Made by a program: the position numbers and the translations under genes
Notes under the pieces: model-generated
The model's input: only the letters and a program-made list of their open reading frames with translations
Told to the model about the DNA's origin: nothing
Database searches by the model: none
Part shown: positions 19,019 through 27,261 of the stretch, one piece after another
How positions within the stretch are numbered: position 1 is the first letter of the stretch
How the letters are laid out: the number at the start of each line of letters is the position of its first letter
Source: an uncultured Acetobacteraceae bacterium
Lineage (GTDB): Bacteria > Pseudomonadota > Alphaproteobacteria > Acetobacterales > Acetobacteraceae
Direction: 5' to 3'
NCBI GenBank assembly: GCA_964247695.1
Contig: CAXTVI010000020.1
Location: forward strand, 8,868-72,867
DNA length: 64,000 nucleotides

Positions 19019-20239
19019 TTGAGTTGGAACCGGCAGATTGCCATCGTCAGTCCGGTGAGGATGCAAGCCAGGGTCGGCATCATCCTGACCCTTACGCTCC
19101 TCACCCTCCTCGCCACTCTGCTGTTCGTTTCGATGGCGGCCGCGATTCGCATCGACTGGTCCAGGGGCTGGGCCCATCCGTCGCCGGTGAGCAGCGAAAT
19201 GCCGGAGCAGGATTTCGCCAATCTCTGGCTGGCGGGCCATATCGCGCGTCTCGGGCACCTGGAATGGCTCTATGAGCCACGCCTGTTCGAGTCCTGGCGT
19301 AACCACGCCTTCGGCGGGAAGCTCGCCGCCGAGCCCTGGATCTATCCGCCAACTGTCCTTCTCCTTGGCATCCCCCTCTCCTTCCTGTCGCTCGTCATGG
19401 CATTCCTGCTGTGGAATGTCGCGACGTTGCTGGTGGCGGTGCTGGCGTTGCGCCATGCGCGACTGCCTTGGTCGATCCTCCTGGTCGGGCTGGGCGCGCC
19501 GGCCACCTGGCGCTCGCTGGCATTCGGCCAGTATGGCGTCATCACAGGCGCCCTGGTCGTCGCCGGTCTGCTCCTGGCGCCGCGCCACCCTGTCCGGGCC
19601 GGTCTCATGGTCGGTCTGTGCACGCTCAAGCCACAGCCGGCCCTGACGGTCCCGATTGCCTGGCTCGCAGCCCGCAACTGGCGCGCCATCGGGATTGCGG
19701 CCTTGTTGTTCGCCGTTATGGGCGCAGCGATCACGCTCTGCTTCGGCAGCAGGGCCTGGATGCTGTTCTTCACCCAGGCCAGGCTGTCGATGCGGTCTCT
19801 CGTCGAGGCGCCGCCACCCCAGCCCTACATGATGAGCGGCGCGTCGGTCTTCTGGATGGCGCGTACCCTGGGATCAGGCATTCCGGCGGCCTATGCGCTG
19901 CAGGGCCTCTCGGCCGCCAGCGCCGCTCTCCTCGCATACAAGGCGTGGCGGCTGCCCGATGCCGACCCGCTCGCCCGCATGGCGGTGACCGTCTGCCTTT
20001 CCCTCCTCGTCACACCGTATGGATACACGTCGGACATGGTGGCCTACTCGATTGCGGCCACCACGATCGTCGCCTGCAACGGCTGGCGGATCCGCCTGCT
20101 CGACGGGTTGCTCTGGCTGTGGCCAGGCTATTGCCCGGTGGTCTACAACCTCACCGGCATGCTCTTCACGCCGGTCGCCGTCGTGGTGGTCGCCGCCCTG
20201 GCGTGGCGGCAGATGCCGAGCCGGAGCGGCGCCGCCTGA
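19019..20239 (+). CDS. Polytopic membrane glycosyltransferase, DUF2029/GT87-like (GT-C fold)
   Basis: About 10 TM. An early periplasmic loop carries EQDFANLWLAGHIA (D-x-x-x-x-W-x-A type loop). Divergent from the GT2 gene. The start is TTG 19019 or ATG 19061. Confidence 0.6.
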   Translation: MSWNRQIAIVSPVRMQARVGIILTLTLLTLLATLLFVSMAAAIRIDWSRGWAHPSPVSSEMPEQDFANLWLAGHIARLGHLEWLYEPRLFESWRNHAFGGKLAAEPWIYPPTVLLLGIPLSFLSLVMAFLLWNVATLLVAVLALRHARLPWSILLVGLGAPATWRSLAFGQYGVITGALVVAGLLLAPRHPVRAGLMVGLCTLKPQPALTVPIAWLAARNWRAIGIAALLFAVMGAAITLCFGSRAWMLFFTQARLSMRSLVEAPPPQPYMMSGASVFWMARTLGSGIPAAYALQGLSAASAALLAYKAWRLPDADPLARMAVTVCLSLLVTPYGYTSDMVAYSIAATTIVACNGWRIRLLDGLLWLWPGYCPVVYNLTGMLFTPVAVVVVAALAWRQMPSRSGAA

Positions 20240-20256
20240 CGAAACCCGCTCGTCGG

Positions 20257-21645
20257 TCAGCGTCCGATATTTCGCAGGGCGCGCCCTTCCATCAGGTTGC
20301 GCTCGATATGCTCCAGCGAGATGCCCTTGGTCTCCGGCACGAGCGCCACCGTGACGAGGATGAACAGCGCATTCAGCGCCGCGTAGAGCCAGAACGTCTC
20401 GGCGTTGCCGAACGTGCTGAGCAGGGTCAGGAAGGTCTGGCCGACGACGAAATTCGCCGCCCAGTTGGTGAAGGTCGAGCAGGCGATGCCGAAGTCGCGG
20501 CCCTGCAGCGGCTGCACTTCCGAACACAGCACCCAGATCAGCGGGCCGGCCGAAAAGGCGAAGCCGGTGATGAAGCAGAGCAGCACGGCAATCGCAAGGA
20601 TGCGCTGGATCTCGCTCTCGATGCCGGCGAAGATCAGCAGGCCGAGCACGCCCATGCCGATCGCCATCACCGTGAATCCCATGATCAGCATCGGGCGACG
20701 GCCCCAACGATCGACCAGACCGATGGCGATGAACGTCGCCAGCACATTGACCACGCCGACGATCGCGGTGCCCCACATCGAGGCATTCTGCCCGAACCCG
20801 GCCAAGCCGAAGATCTTCGGCGCGTAGTACATCACCACGTTCATGCCGGTGAATTGCTGCATGACCTGCAGCAGCACACCGAGCCACACCGAGCGCCGGA
20901 AGTTCGAGTTGCCCCTGAACATGGCGAAGCCCTTCTGCTTCTGCCTGAGCTGGTCCTCGATCTCCTTGATCTCACCCTGCACCGAGGCGCTGTCCGGCCG
21001 CAGGTCGTTGAGCACGGCCTCGGCGTCCTGGCGCCGCCCCTTCATCATCAGCCAGCGCGGGCTGTCGGGCAGCACGAACACGCCGGCCAGGAACAGCGCG
21101 CCAGGAACAGCGACCAATCCCAGCATCCAGCGCCACGCGCCGCTGTAGCTGAGCAGCGCGTCCGAGATGAAGGCAACCAGGATACCGACGGTGATCATCA
21201 GCTGGTAGGTCGAGATCATCGAGCCGCGCCGACGCTCGTCGGCGATCTCGGAGATGTAGAGCGGCGCCGTGAAGGTGGCGACGCCGATGGCTAGTCCGAG
21301 CAGCACCCGGCCGGCGAGCAGCCAACCGACCGAAGGCGCCAGGGCGCACAGCAGCGAGGAGACGACGAACAGCGTCGCGCTCAGGATCAGCGAGCGCTTG
21401 CGTCCGAAGCTCGACGACAGGTAGCCCGCCAGGATCGCTCCAAGCGCGGCGCCGAACATCATGCTGCTGACGATGAGTTCCTGCATCGTCTCGGTGATGC
21501 TGAACTGCTTGGCGATGAAGGAGAGCGCCCCGGAGATCACCCCGATATCGAGGCCGAACATCAACCCGGCCAGGGCGGCCACCCCACCGATGAGCAGCGT
21601 CCGTCCGCTCCCCTTCACAGTCGGTGCCGTGGTGGTGGTGCTCAT
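20257..21645 (-). CDS. Sugar porter family MFS (GalP/AraE/XylE-like sugar:H+ symporter)
   Basis: GLMFGLDIGVISGAL..GRKRSL..LLAGRVLLGLAIG..PLYISEIA..RRGS..VLPDSPRWL..PETKG. Confidence 0.9.
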   Translation of the reverse strand: MSTTTTAPTVKGSGRTLLIGGVAALAGLMFGLDIGVISGALSFIAKQFSITETMQELIVSSMMFGAALGAILAGYLSSSFGRKRSLILSATLFVVSSLLCALAPSVGWLLAGRVLLGLAIGVATFTAPLYISEIADERRRGSMISTYQLMITVGILVAFISDALLSYSGAWRWMLGLVAVPGALFLAGVFVLPDSPRWLMMKGRRQDAEAVLNDLRPDSASVQGEIKEIEDQLRQKQKGFAMFRGNSNFRRSVWLGVLLQVMQQFTGMNVVMYYAPKIFGLAGFGQNASMWGTAIVGVVNVLATFIAIGLVDRWGRRPMLIMGFTVMAIGMGVLGLLIFAGIESEIQRILAIAVLLCFITGFAFSAGPLIWVLCSEVQPLQGRDFGIACSTFTNWAANFVVGQTFLTLLSTFGNAETFWLYAALNALFILVTVALVPETKGISLEHIERNLMEGRALRNIGR

Positions 21646-21761
21646 TCCTGTGTCCCCCGGAGCGCCCAGATCTGGAGGCTGATGTCTCCGGATCTCTGCC
21701 GCGCCTCGCTCAACGATTTCGCGATCGACAAGTTCCGGCGCTCTCGGGGTGCAGCCTTATC

Positions 21762-23585
21762 CTAATGGTTGTCGCGCGGCAGTCCCTTGCTCTGCGCGAC
21801 GCGCTGGTAGGCAATCGCCGGCTCCAGCACCGCACCGGTCTGCAACTGCCCGACCACGCCGCGCTGCAGCTCCTGCCAGGGCGTCTGGCTGGCCGGGTAA
21901 CGGTAGCCGCCCGCCGCCTGCAGCGCCACACGGCGCCCGACGATCTCGGATTCCGGCACAAGCATGTCGACGCGACCCTGGCGCAGATCGACGCGCAGCC
22001 GGTCGCCGGTGCGCAGGATGGCGAGTGGGCCGCCCGCCGCCGCCTCCGGCGAGGCGTTCAGGATCGAAGGCGACCCCGAGGTGCCGGACTGGCGGCCGTC
22101 GCCGATGCAGGCCAGCGCGTGCACGCCCTGCTGGATCAGGTACGAGGGCGGCCGCATGTTGACCACCTCGGCGGCGCCCGGGTAGCCGATCGGCCCGGCG
22201 CCGCGCATCACCAGGATGTCGTGCGTGGTGATGTCGAGCGCCGGGTCGTCGATGCGGGCGTGGTAGTCCTCGGGCCCGTCGAATACCACGGCGCGGCCCT
22301 CGAAGGCCTCCGGGTCGTTCGGGTCGTTCAGGTAGCGCTCGCGGAACTCCTCGGAGATTACGCTGGTCTTCATGATCGCCGAGGTGAACAGGTTGCCGTG
22401 CAGCACCAGGAAGCCGGCGCGCTGCTTGAGCGGACGCTCGAACGGCCGGATCACCTCCGGGTCCAGTGTCGCGAGGCCGCCGCAGGTCTCGCCTATGGTG
22501 ATGCCCTTCACCGTCATCGCCTGCTCGCGGATCAACCCGTGGCGGATCAGCTCGCCGACCACCGCCGGCACGCCGCCGGCGCGGTAGTAGTCCTCGCCGA
22601 GATACTCCCCGGCCGGCTGCAAATTCACCAGCAGCGGGATGTCATGGCCATAGCTCTGCCACTCCTCGATCGGCAGCTCGAAGCCGAGATGGCGCGCGAT
22701 CGCGGCCAGATGGATCGGCGCGTTGGTCGAGCCGCCGATCGCCGAGTTCACCCGGATGGCGTTGACGAACGCATCCTTGGTCATGATGTCGGACGGCTTG
22801 AGGTCCTCGCGCACCATGTCGACGATGCGGCGCCCGGTCTCCCAGGCCATCTCCTGGCGGTCGCGGTACGGCGCGGGGATCGCGGCCGACCCCGGCAACT
22901 GCATGCCGAGCGCCTCGGCCAGCGAGTTCATCGTGGTCGCGGTGCCCATGGTGTTGCAGTAGCCGGCGGACGGCGCCGATGACGCCACCAGCTTGATGAA
23001 GCCCTCGTGGTCGATCTCGCCGGCCGCCAGCAACTGCCGCGCGTGCCAGATGATGGTGCCCGAGCCGGTGCGCTGGCCGCGAAACCAGCCATTCAGCATC
23101 GGGCCGACGGAGAGTGCGATCGCCGGGATGTTGACCGTGGCGGCCGCCATCAGGCAGGCCGGCGTGGTCTTGTCGCAGCCGATGGTGAGCACGACGCCGT
23201 CGAGCGGATAGCCGTACAGCACCTCGACCAGGCCCATGTAGGCCAGGTTGCGGTCGAGCCCGGCGGTCGGCCGCTTGCCGGTCTCCTGGATCGGATGCAC
23301 CGGGAACTCGATGGCGATGCCGCCGGCCTCGCGTATGCCCTCGCGCACGCGTTCGGCAAGGACGAGATGGTGACGATTGCACGGCGACAGGTCGGAACCG
23401 GTCTGTGCGATGCCGATGATCGGGCGGCCGGACTGCAGCTCCTTCTGCGACAGGCCGAAATTCATGTAACGCTCGAGGTAGAGCGCGGTCATGTCCGGGT
23501 TGTGCGGGTTGTCGAACCAGGCCTGCGAGCGCAGCGACAATGGCTTAGCGCGATCAGGGGTGCCGTGATCCTGGCCGTTCGACAT
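21762..23585 (-). CDS. IlvD/Edd-family sugar-acid dehydratase (arabinonate/xylonate/galactonate type)
   Basis: [92 protein letters not shown]..; C-terminus ..LPRDNH. ATG at 23585. Confidence 0.9.
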   Translation of the reverse strand: MSNGQDHGTPDRAKPLSLRSQAWFDNPHNPDMTALYLERYMNFGLSQKELQSGRPIIGIAQTGSDLSPCNRHHLVLAERVREGIREAGGIAIEFPVHPIQETGKRPTAGLDRNLAYMGLVEVLYGYPLDGVVLTIGCDKTTPACLMAAATVNIPAIALSVGPMLNGWFRGQRTGSGTIIWHARQLLAAGEIDHEGFIKLVASSAPSAGYCNTMGTATTMNSLAEALGMQLPGSAAIPAPYRDRQEMAWETGRRIVDMVREDLKPSDIMTKDAFVNAIRVNSAIGGSTNAPIHLAAIARHLGFELPIEEWQSYGHDIPLLVNLQPAGEYLGEDYYRAGGVPAVVGELIRHGLIREQAMTVKGITIGETCGGLATLDPEVIRPFERPLKQRAGFLVLHGNLFTSAIMKTSVISEEFRERYLNDPNDPEAFEGRAVVFDGPEDYHARIDDPALDITTHDILVMRGAGPIGYPGAAEVVNMRPPSYLIQQGVHALACIGDGRQSGTSGSPSILNASPEAAAGGPLAILRTGDRLRVDLRQGRVDMLVPESEIVGRRVALQAAGGYRYPASQTPWQELQRGVVGQLQTGAVLEPAIAYQRVAQSKGLPRDNH

Positions 23586-23654
23586 GGCGTTGTTCTCTCG
23601 TGCTTGCCTGTCCGGCCGCCCGCGACCGCGGGCGTCGCCGCCTGGCATCCGGAT

Positions 23655-23678
23655 GCGATTGGTCAGACAAATAATCGC
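23655..23678 (-). promoter_or_regulatory. Candidate GntR-type operator upstream of the dehydratase gene
   Basis: The minus strand reads GCGATT-ATTTGTCTGACC-AATCGC: 6-bp inverted arms enclosing T.GTCTGAC.A, which fits the GntR/FadR-family T-GT-N3-AC-A pattern. It lies 70-93 nt upstream of ATG 23585. Confidence 0.25.
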
Positions 23679-23711
23679 GAAACAACCCTCACACAAGCAG
23701 CACGGCTCGGC

Positions 23712-24455
23712 TCAGGGGCGGCGGGCGATCGCCAGGATGTGCAGCCCGGCATCCGCGAGCAGCGGGTCTTGCGCCGCATGCCGGTCGATGGTGGCGCGCG
23801 TGGCGGCATCGCCGCCGGCCGGCACGCAGGCTGCCAGGCGGCCGGACGCGGTGGCGGTCACCCCGAGGGCGTGGCAACGCGCGTCCACCAGGCCGGCATC
23901 GAGCAGCGCCGCCTTCAGGCGGGCGCTGTCATAGAGGCGTCGCTCGGCGCGCCTGGTGCGACGCTCCTGATGCCGCAGGCCCAGCACCAGGGACAGCAGG
24001 GTCTCGACACGGACGCACAGCACGCCGCCCGGCCGCAACAGGCCGACCAGGCGGTGCAGCGCGAGGTGCGGGTCAAGTTCCGCCTGCAGCGACGGCGTCG
24101 CCAGCACCAGGTCGGCGTCGCCGGGCGCCACCGCATCGTCGGCGGCGCCGGCGAGCGTCGTCACGCGATGGCCGCGCTCGATCCAGCGCCGCGTCCAGCG
24201 GGTGCCGCGGCGGTCGGCCTCGACTATATGCGCGCCCGGCGGCAGCGGGATCGCCGAGACCAGCTCCCAGGCATGGCCGTCATGCAGCCGCCGGTCGGCC
24301 GGGCCGTCCTGCCAGCGCGCTTCCATGACCTCCAGCAGCGTGTCCACGACAGGGGGCACCGCCGGGGACGCCAGGTCGAGGAGGCCGGGAACCGCCATGG
24401 CCATGGCCAGCCGGGCGGCGTCCTCGGGATCACGGTTCTTCAGCGGATGCGTCAC
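23712..24455 (-). CDS. Class I SAM-methyltransferase-like protein with degenerate motif I
   Basis: HLALHRLVGLLRPGGVLCV and LYDSARLKAALLDAGL are typical post-I/II MTase-fold segments. The expected GxGxG loop instead reads IVEADRRGTRW. Confidence 0.45.
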   Translation of the reverse strand: MTHPLKNRDPEDAARLAMAMAVPGLLDLASPAVPPVVDTLLEVMEARWQDGPADRRLHDGHAWELVSAIPLPPGAHIVEADRRGTRWTRRWIERGHRVTTLAGAADDAVAPGDADLVLATPSLQAELDPHLALHRLVGLLRPGGVLCVRVETLLSLVLGLRHQERRTRRAERRLYDSARLKAALLDAGLVDARCHALGVTATASGRLAACVPAGGDAATRATIDRHAAQDPLLADAGLHILAIARRP

Positions 24456-24849
24456 GGCACGAAACCAGTCCAGCAGGATCGGTCATCTTCAAAGCATATC
24501 CGCCGCTGGTCGGCATCGTTATTGTAAAGGATCAAAACGCTGTGACGCGCTTTTAGCGTGGCCGGTCGCCTGCCTATACCGTGCGGCGCGCGCTATAACA
24601 GGCGTGCCGTCTCCGGCGGATCGAGCCGGCGGCGGCGCGGAGCCTGCAAGCGGATGCCGACATGACCGGAGGCTGGTTTCGAGGGCCGCGGTCCACGAAG
24701 CCGGCACAGGCCTGAGCAAGACGCTGATGCAATCGGATTCCGCCCCCGATCCCACCGTGCAGGATTTGGTATCAGGAAATATCCTCGAGTTGTCAGGTGG
24801 CTCGTGCGCGATCTCGCCGCCGGCGAAAAGCCACGGCGCCAGGCGTGAC

Positions 24850-24878
24850 TTGCCTGTCCAATATGGACGCCCATCTTG
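24850..24878 (+). promoter_or_regulatory. Promoter-operator module 1 (upstream of tetR)
   Basis: TTGCCT-N17-ATCTTG with the near-palindrome ATGGACGCCCAT (24863-24874) in the spacer. It is nearly identical to the module at 25487-25515. Confidence 0.45.
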
Positions 24879-24883
24879 AGGCA

Positions 24884-25483
24884 ATGGCCAGAACGTCGAA
24901 TAGAGAGAAGATCCTCACCGAAGGCCTGCGTGTCGTGCACGAGCGCGGATATGCAAATGCGAGCGTGCGCGACATCGTTCAGGCAGCGGGCGTGCCGCAA
25001 GGCTCGTTCACCAACCACTTCGCCTCCAAGGAGGCGTTCGGGCTGGAGATCATCGACCTGTACAGCGCGGCCGGCCGCGCCCTCGGAGCCCGGACGCTGC
25101 TCAACGAGACGCTGCCGCCGCTGCAGCGCCTGCGGGCCTGGCTGCAGGCCGGACGCGAGAGCATGGCTGCCTGCAGCATGCGCAACGGCTGCCTGCTGGG
25201 CAACTTCGCCGCCGACGCCTGCGAGCAGAGCGGCGCGATCCGCCAGCGCGTGCTGGCCGCCTTCGGAGAACTCGAGGGCAACGTCGCCGCCTGCCTGCGC
25301 GCCGCGGTCGTCGCCGGCGAGGTCGACGCCGCGCTCGAGTGCGACGACGTCGCCGGCTTCGTCGTGGCGTCCCTGCAGGGCGCCAACCTGCTGGGCAAGG
25401 TGACCGGCGAGCCGGCTTCACTCGACCGCTTCGAACGGATCCTGTTCGACCGGATCCTCCCCGGCGGCCAATCGGACCGATAG
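24884..25483 (+). CDS. TetR/AcrR-family transcriptional regulator
   Basis: MARTSNREKILTEGLRVVHERGYANASVRDIVQAAGVPQGSFTNHFASKEAF (TetR HTH). I prefer ATG 24884 over the track start at 24797. Confidence 0.85.
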   Translation: MARTSNREKILTEGLRVVHERGYANASVRDIVQAAGVPQGSFTNHFASKEAFGLEIIDLYSAAGRALGARTLLNETLPPLQRLRAWLQAGRESMAACSMRNGCLLGNFAADACEQSGAIRQRVLAAFGELEGNVAACLRAAVVAGEVDAALECDDVAGFVVASLQGANLLGKVTGEPASLDRFERILFDRILPGGQSDR

Positions 25484-25486
25484 CCC

Positions 25487-25515
25487 TTGCATCATTAATA
25501 TGGACGTCCATCTTG
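25487..25515 (+). promoter_or_regulatory. Promoter-operator module 2 (upstream of SDR gene)
   Basis: TTGCAT-N17-ATCTTG with the perfect 12-bp palindrome ATGGACGTCCAT (25500-25511) in the spacer. Confidence 0.45.
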
Positions 25516-25560
25516 GATGCTCAGGCGGCCGATATCCGGCTGCGTTCGAGGATCCAGACC

Positions 25561-26310
25561 ATGACCAGCCAAGTCGTCCTGATCACCGGTGCCCTGACCG
25601 GCATCGGCCGCGCCACCGCCTTCGCCTACGCCCATGCGGGCGCGAAGCTCGTCGTGTCTGGCCGCCGTCCGGACGCCGGCCGTGACCTCGCCAGCGCGCT
25701 GCGCGACCTCGGGACCGAGGTGGAGTTCATCCAGGCGGACGTGCGCCACGAGGATGACGTGCGCGCCCTGGTCGACCAGACCGTCGCCCGGTTCGGGCGT
25801 CTCGACGTCGCCATCAACAATGCCGGCACCGAGGGGCGCATCGGCCCGATCGTCGAGCAGACGGTCGAGAACTACACCGCGACCTTCGACACCAACGTGC
25901 TCGGCGTGCTGCTGAGCCTCAAGCACCAGCTCCGCGTCATGCTGCCGCAGGGCCACGGCAACATCGTCAACGTCTCCTCGGTGGCAGGCTCGGTGGGCTT
26001 TCCGGGTGCCGCGGTCTACGTCGCCAGCAAGCACGCGGTCGAGGGCCTGACCAGGAGTGCTGCGCTCGAGGCCGCGAAGTCCGGCGTGCGGGTCAACGCG
26101 ATCGCCCCCGGGCCGATCGTCACCGGCATGCTGGACCGCTTCACCGGCGGCTCCGACGAAGGCAAGTCGTTCATGACCTCGCTGGTCCCGGCCGGCCGTC
26201 TCGGCAATGTCGAGGAAGTCGCGCAGGCGATCCTGTTCCTGGCGTCGGACAAGGCGCCGTTCATCACCGGACAGAGCCTCGCCATCGATGGCGGCATCCT
26301 GGCCGGGTGA
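25561..26310 (+). CDS. Short-chain dehydrogenase/reductase (classical SDR)
   Basis: VVLITGALTGIGRATA (TGxxxGIG), NNAG, S..YVASKHAVEGLTR (YxxxK), PGPIVT. Confidence 0.9.
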   Translation: MTSQVVLITGALTGIGRATAFAYAHAGAKLVVSGRRPDAGRDLASALRDLGTEVEFIQADVRHEDDVRALVDQTVARFGRLDVAINNAGTEGRIGPIVEQTVENYTATFDTNVLGVLLSLKHQLRVMLPQGHGNIVNVSSVAGSVGFPGAAVYVASKHAVEGLTRSAALEAAKSGVRVNAIAPGPIVTGMLDRFTGGSDEGKSFMTSLVPAGRLGNVEEVAQAILFLASDKAPFITGQSLAIDGGILAG

Positions 26311-26329
26311 AGCTCAGGGCGCCCCCCGG

Positions 26330-27241
26330 TCAGCGGCGGAGGCAACGAGGCTGTTCTCGCTCTGCCTCCACGCCCAGGAGCCCCTCTTTCATGGCATGCA
26401 GCTCTCGCGCACGCTGCTCGGTGATCCGGGGATAGCTCATCCCGATCCCCTCCAGGGTGTCGACGACGATCTGCGACACGATGAGCCGCGCGTTCTCCTT
26501 GTCGTCGGCCGGCACCACATACCAGGGCGAATCATCCGTGCTCGTCGCACTTAGGCACTCCTCGTAGGCCATCCGATACTGCTTCCAGAACCTCCGCTCC
26601 TCGATGTCGGCGGCAGTGATTTTCCAGTTCTTGTCCGGTCGCTCGATGCGCTCCAGGAAGCGTCGTCGCTGCTCCGCTTTCGAGAGGTGCAGGAAGATCT
26701 TGACCACCAGCGTCCCGTTCCCGTGCAGGTGACGTTCGAGATCCATGATCGAGCGATACCGGTCGTGCCAGAGCCTGGCCTCGTGGTGCGGCGGATCCGG
26801 GATGTCCTCGCGGCCCAGCATGTCGCGATGCACGCGGACGACGAGCACCTCCTCGTAGTAGGACCGGTTGAAGATTCCGATGCGCCCCCGCTCCGGCAGG
26901 TCGCGTGTGGTCCTCCAGAGGAAGTCGTGCTGCAATTCGTTCGCACTGGGCTGCTTGAAGCTGAACACCTGGCAGCCCTGCGGATTGACCCCGGACATCA
27001 CGTGTCGGATCGCACCGTCCTTGCCGGCCGCGTCCATCGCCTGGAAGATCAACAGGACGGCGCGGCGGCCGGATGCGTAGTGGAGTTGCTGGAGTTCACT
27101 CAGCCTCGCGACATGCGCGGCCAGCATCGCCTCGTAGCTGGACTTCCCGCCATAGACCGGAGCAACCCGCGTCGGCCGCTCCCTGAGGTCGAGCTTGTCA
27201 CCCTCTCGAACCAGATAATCCCTGATGCGGAGAGTGATCAT
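26330..27241 (-). CDS. Polyphosphate kinase 2 family protein (single PPK2 domain)
   Basis: [19 protein letters not shown] (Walker A), [47 protein letters not shown] 27241 lies 20 nt after the ATPase stop, behind GGGGAAGG. Confidence 0.85.
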   Translation of the reverse strand: MITLRIRDYLVREGDKLDLRERPTRVAPVYGGKSSYEAMLAAHVARLSELQQLHYASGRRAVLLIFQAMDAAGKDGAIRHVMSGVNPQGCQVFSFKQPSANELQHDFLWRTTRDLPERGRIGIFNRSYYEEVLVVRVHRDMLGREDIPDPPHHEARLWHDRYRSIMDLERHLHGNGTLVVKIFLHLSKAEQRRRFLERIERPDKNWKITAADIEERRFWKQYRMAYEECLSATSTDDSPWYVVPADDKENARLIVSQIVVDTLEGIGMSYPRITEQRARELHAMKEGLLGVEAEREQPRCLRR

Positions 27242-27261
27242 CGCCTTCCCCACGTGATGGG

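Noticed and set aside
20238-20254. Short hairpin GACGA-aacccgc-TCGTC between the convergent GT87 and sugar-porter stops, considered as a terminator.
   Set aside because: The stem is only 5 bp (7 with a mismatch), there is no U-tract, and it overlaps the GT87 stop codon. That is too weak to report as a feature.
24797-24883. Longer N-terminus for the TetR gene (track start 24797, or ATG 24863).
   Set aside because: The extension (MARARSRRRRKATAPG..) is not TetR-like, and it would place the palindromic operator and the -35/-10-like elements inside the coding sequence. The TetR HTH aligns well from ATG 24884.
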